Assembly (NCBI GenBank): GCA_030704615.1
Contig: CM060731.1
Coordinates: 27,466,001-27,530,000, forward strand
Direction of reading: 5' to 3'
Length of the DNA stretch: 64,000 bases
Source of the DNA: Takakia lepidozioides
Taxonomy: Eukaryota; Plantae; Bryophyta
Position numbers and translations under genes: made by a program. The notes under the pieces are model-generated. The model did not search any database. It was not told the DNA's origin and worked only from the letters and a program-made list of their open reading frames with translations. This document shows positions 60,011-64,000 of this stretch, in pieces; positions within the stretch are counted from its first letter, which is position 1; each line of letters opens with the position of its first letter.

Positions 60011-63000
60011 TTAGACTTGAGACACCAAAGGATCATCCCCAAGAGTTGGAACTGCAGCATCCATATGACTCTTGTGACTCTTCGTGCCACTATTCATGAG
60101 GACCCGGCAAGGAACCACCACAGGCTCATTTTCTGCTGGGCGCAATACATCCAAAGTTTGAAGCCCAGGGGGCAGCGGACCAGCAGATACAGCAGCCTTG
60201 GCCGGCATGGATGGATTCTTTAGTTCTTCAGCTGCTGCCTTCAGGCAAAGTTTCTTCACCTCATCAAACTTGTCCTGTGACAGAGAGACCTCAGCCAAAA
60301 GCTTCCAGGCATAATCCTCAGTAGCTGTTTCATAGTCTTCCTTGCGCTTGAGGACAATGTGTCCACTGATTTCCCACACAGCAGGGTTGACCTGTATCTC
60401 CAGTATCTTCTGATCAACTTGGCCCCGCGCTTGCCTTTCCGCAAAACACTACACAGAGGAAGACCTCATGGATGTGAGTAAGAAATATAGCAGGAGAGAG
60501 AAAAAAGGATGTACTGATTGACAGTTTCCTAAGGTATGAGACAGAAAGAAAGAAGGAAGAGCAACGACAAACTTTATTACCATCCGCAAACAGTCCCCAT
60601 AGTCACACGCCCACACAATAACATACAACACAACATGACACTGATGTCTCCTTCCCCACAAACAGGGTAGCCAGAGCCAGAATAAGGGAAAAAGAAGTTC
60701 CAACCTGAGGGAACAGGAACACACGGGCACCCCGATCTGCAATGAGCACATTGAAAGGAATGTTGTTATTCTGAAGATAAATGCAAGCACTAGCAACAGT
60801 ATCCGCAAGCTCCTCGAGGCTATTGCCCACTTCGAACACAAGTCCTCTGACAGGGAAATTGCTAAGCTCGAAAACTTTAACTCCTCTCTTCCTTCGTCTA
60901 CTGGAGATCCTTTTAGTTGGAGCTCTCTCGACTGGAAATGGTACTGCCAGATAGTAAGCCTGCATGCAGAATTTCGAATTAGAAAAAACAGGCAATAATT
61001 TGAACAGACTGCATGATCCCATCTTTCAGTTTTTTTTGTTTGGGGTGGGGGGGAAAGTGCAGGATGTTGGGTGTCTCTTGGGGGTGGTGGTATTACAGAG
61101 ACAAAACAGCAAGAGAATAAGGTGTCGAAGAAGCATATCCCACCTGTATGACAATTACCTTTACAATCGCTCAAATACTATATTTGTGAATAAGCAACAG
61201 AGGCTTGAATCGGTATCAAGGAGATAGCTAAGTGAGATACATTCAAGACAAGTCGCAGAATAGAAGTTTGTCAATGACGACAACTGAACAATCCCTCCAA
61301 GGGATCGTCACTAGAATGTTTCATCCATCAATGCCACACTAAAATTATGCAGTCAACTTCGCTGCAAAAACAACATGAGGCTTTATTTGAGGTACCTGGA
61401 AATGCAGGTGGTTGATGGTGGCAAATGCCCCAAGGCTGTTGTAACCAAGGCGGAAATAGGGATTGTCTGCTTCTGCTGCCATGTGCAGAGCCAATAAGAA
61501 AGTGTCTGGATCGATTCGTTGCGGAATACAGTCCAGCACTCGCGGAACCAGCAGAACATGCCCATACTCAATTGGACTCACCTGCATACTCAGAAAATTG
61601 CAATGCTAAACACTTCTATAAACCAAGCAGGAGGGAGGTAGTCAAGAGAAAAGCCTGGACCCTCCACAAAGTCTCCAGGAGGGCGTGCACTGTGAAAGCT
61701 ACCTACGCCTAACCCATGAGGAAATAGTCCCCACCAGATACTAACCATGTTGTCTGGTTTCAGCCAACCAGGCATTATCTCAGACTGAATTGCCATACCC
61801 ATTGTACACAGTATATCCCCATCCAGCCCCAGGAAATTGTGATGTCCCACGCTTGCATTGAGATCACACTACAAAGCATGAAGTGATTCCAGCAGCGCAC
61901 TAGGGCACCCTCTAGCTTGAAAGATCTGTGGATGTGGTTGCAGTGCCACTTAAAAATCATAGACAGAATAGAGAGAAGGGGCGGATGGGTGTAGAGATAC
62001 AATCCAATGGTTATGAAAATCTGGGGAACGGAAAAAGACTCTTGAACTTCAAGGCATCACATTCCCAGCATGCTGACAACCAGACAGGGGAGATACTCAC
62101 ATTGATGACAATAACATTGGGACTCTCTCGGACTAAAGCCTTCTCATAATACTGGCTGCTGCCATCCTCACTCTCCTCGAATCGAAAGAGAACTTCCTCT
62201 TGACCAACCTTTGTGAAATTGAATTTCTTTGGATCAAACGGCTGCAGCACTTGATCCACCCGAAACTCTGTTGGTCGCTTCTTGAGATGACGGCCTTCAT
62301 TCAACTGTGCGATGAATCCATGCTCACCTGGGAGCACCTGCACCATCAAATCATCAATGAATGAGAACATGATTGTTAGCTGTTTTCTCCATATCTTTCT
62401 GCATACAAAGGCTCGTATACTGTGCACATGAAGGTGAGATTGCTAGCCAAGCATGTTTATTGCACCAAGTAATCTGAGCCCAACACCAATGGGATTAACC
62501 CCTCCTGAGACTCCAACAAATTCCAACAGCAGAAGAAACCCAATTGCACTTTCAGCATCGATCTCAAGCTACAAAACCCTCAGAGTGGTCATGACCAAAT
62601 CTGGAAGCATTTTGCAAGACAAGCTAATTTTCCTCCTTTGCAGGCTTGGTGAGACTGGCAGACAATCCCACCAACATGGTGAGGGGATGGAGTTAAGGCA
62701 GCAGTATTTCATCAAAATAATCTGGCAATCAAGGTGCTTCACCTACCACATCGACATTGCTGCCAGTTAATCAACAAACAAGCTGCAGCAATGCTAGAGA
62801 ATGAGTATCTTCCATCAACTCTACCTGAATTGGTGGTTTCAGGTAAACAAAACGTATGAAACTATTAACTAACCCAACATTACATCCACTTTGGTGGATT
62901 AAGTAGCACTGTGCCACAGCAGACCAAAACGCAAAACATAATCAAGAAGGGCAACTAAAATTAAGCGAATACCTTTGTCTCGCAGGCAGTCACGTCATAG

Positions 63001-63546
63001 CGGAAGAGACCTTTGCCCATGCGATCCTCCCACTGTTAAAATCCAGTCATGACAGAAGAAATGAATACGATTGGAACATGGATGCCAAAGTAATGAAGCA
63101 AGGTGGTTCACTCGGCATCTGTATAGACTGGTAAGTCTCAGACATGTCAAACACACAAAACCCACATATATGTCCATGAGCAAGTGCAAAGAAAACTCCA
63201 ATCCACACACTCCACCTATTACAATCTAGCAAAACATGCAAAAAAATCCTTGCGGATGTACTGCTTTCCCACATTTGACCAAAGTAGAGTAGCAGGAAAC
63301 AGAAGAGAAAGCAGCAGCATGCATAGGATAGATAAATTGCAAGCATTAACTAGAATTAAATGCTAACCTGTCCCAGTAGCAGGGAGTCCAAAAAGCGGTT
63401 TTCCAGGTCTGAATCGTTGGAGCCCTGACTGCCCATGTCAGGAAAATCATGAATATTGGGGACACATTGGACATCCCCATATGAGTTAACCTTCCTGGGC
63501 TTCACAGAATATCTTCTGCCAAACGTGTATAGTGGAAGCTTAGCTC
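60011..63546 (-). CDS. VTC2: GDP-L-galactose phosphorylase (ascorbate biosynthesis), 5'-partial
   Basis: FLDSLLLGQ/WEDRMGKGLFRYDVTACETK/VLPGEHGFIAQLNEGRHLKKRPTEFRVD...; VSPIEYGHVLL...GYNSLGAFATINHLHFQ (HIT-like motif); QVNPAVWEISGH. The first exon lies beyond 64000. Confidence 0.97.
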
Positions 63547-64000
63547 CTGCACCCATAAGCAATCATTGGTTATGAAATGTGACCCATCGTAATCAGGAAA
63601 GTGGATGTTTCTCGCCAACCTGCTTACAACAAGGACTGCAGGTTTATTGGTAAACATGATGCTACACATTGCAACCAAAGAAGACACAGAAAATTTCTGG
63701 GGTTGGTAGACGGGACAGAGAAAAAATACAGATAAGCATCTAAATAACTCCTATACTAGCCCTAAAAGATTTACACAGCACAACTAGACGCAACCTAAAT
63801 GGTCCTGTTGCTGCTGCAAGACTCCTAGCACATGTCCACATATTCTTTTTGACTTTTATTATTTCAATTTCGACCTGCCAGGACCTTCACGACTTCATCA
63901 TCACTTCAAGCTACTACTTCAATCACCATTGGAAATCTCAGTGGAAATTTGGTACTTGAAGGCTCCCCAACAAGTTACCCACACATACTGTCAAAACATG

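Noticed and set aside
63547-64000. Conserved non-AUG uORF of VTC2
   Set aside because: The first exon and 5' UTR lie outside the window, so it cannot be assessed.
1-64000. Numerous 60-200 aa ORFs in the six-frame track
   Set aside because: Most are antisense or alternate-frame shadows of exons, intron read-throughs or TE sequence with no independent motif support. No tRNA or rRNA genes were recognised.

Overview
This is eukaryotic nuclear DNA from a land plant, with GT-AG introns. The transposon repertoire (Replitron-like HUH element, Tcn1/Tf1-type chromovirus, RLE-type LINE, piggyBac-like fragment) and a PLS-DYW PPR relic point to a non-seed plant, probably a bryophyte; that assignment is inference. 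Six host genes are recognisable: a HAD 5'-nucleotidase (+), an intronless G-type lectin S-receptor kinase (-), oligopeptidase B (-), an Era GTPase (+), a plastid sigma factor of the SIG2 type (+) and GDP-L-galactose phosphorylase VTC2 (-, 5' end outside the window). A ~13 kb nest of decayed elements lies between 30 and 43 kb. It holds a PPR-DYW pseudogene split by a 1.7 kb TIR element, a Replitron-like HUH transposase remnant, and a 5'-truncated Dualen/RandI-like RLE LINE interrupted by a Ty3/gypsy element. The most striking observation is that the LINE polyprotein appears to carry a PCIF1/CAPAM-like N6-adenine methyltransferase domain and a chromodomain-like module upstream of its CCHC-RLE endonuclease. 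The gypsy element has a tRNA-independent self-priming PBS, a PEG10-like -1 frameshift signal, and an unexplained accessory ORF where integrase should be. Oligopeptidase B has both an N-terminal transit-like extension and a C-terminal PTS1 (ARL). MITEs with TSDs, long hairpins and an 18-copy 40-bp minisatellite are also present. All domain calls were made by eye from recalled motifs; no database search was run.
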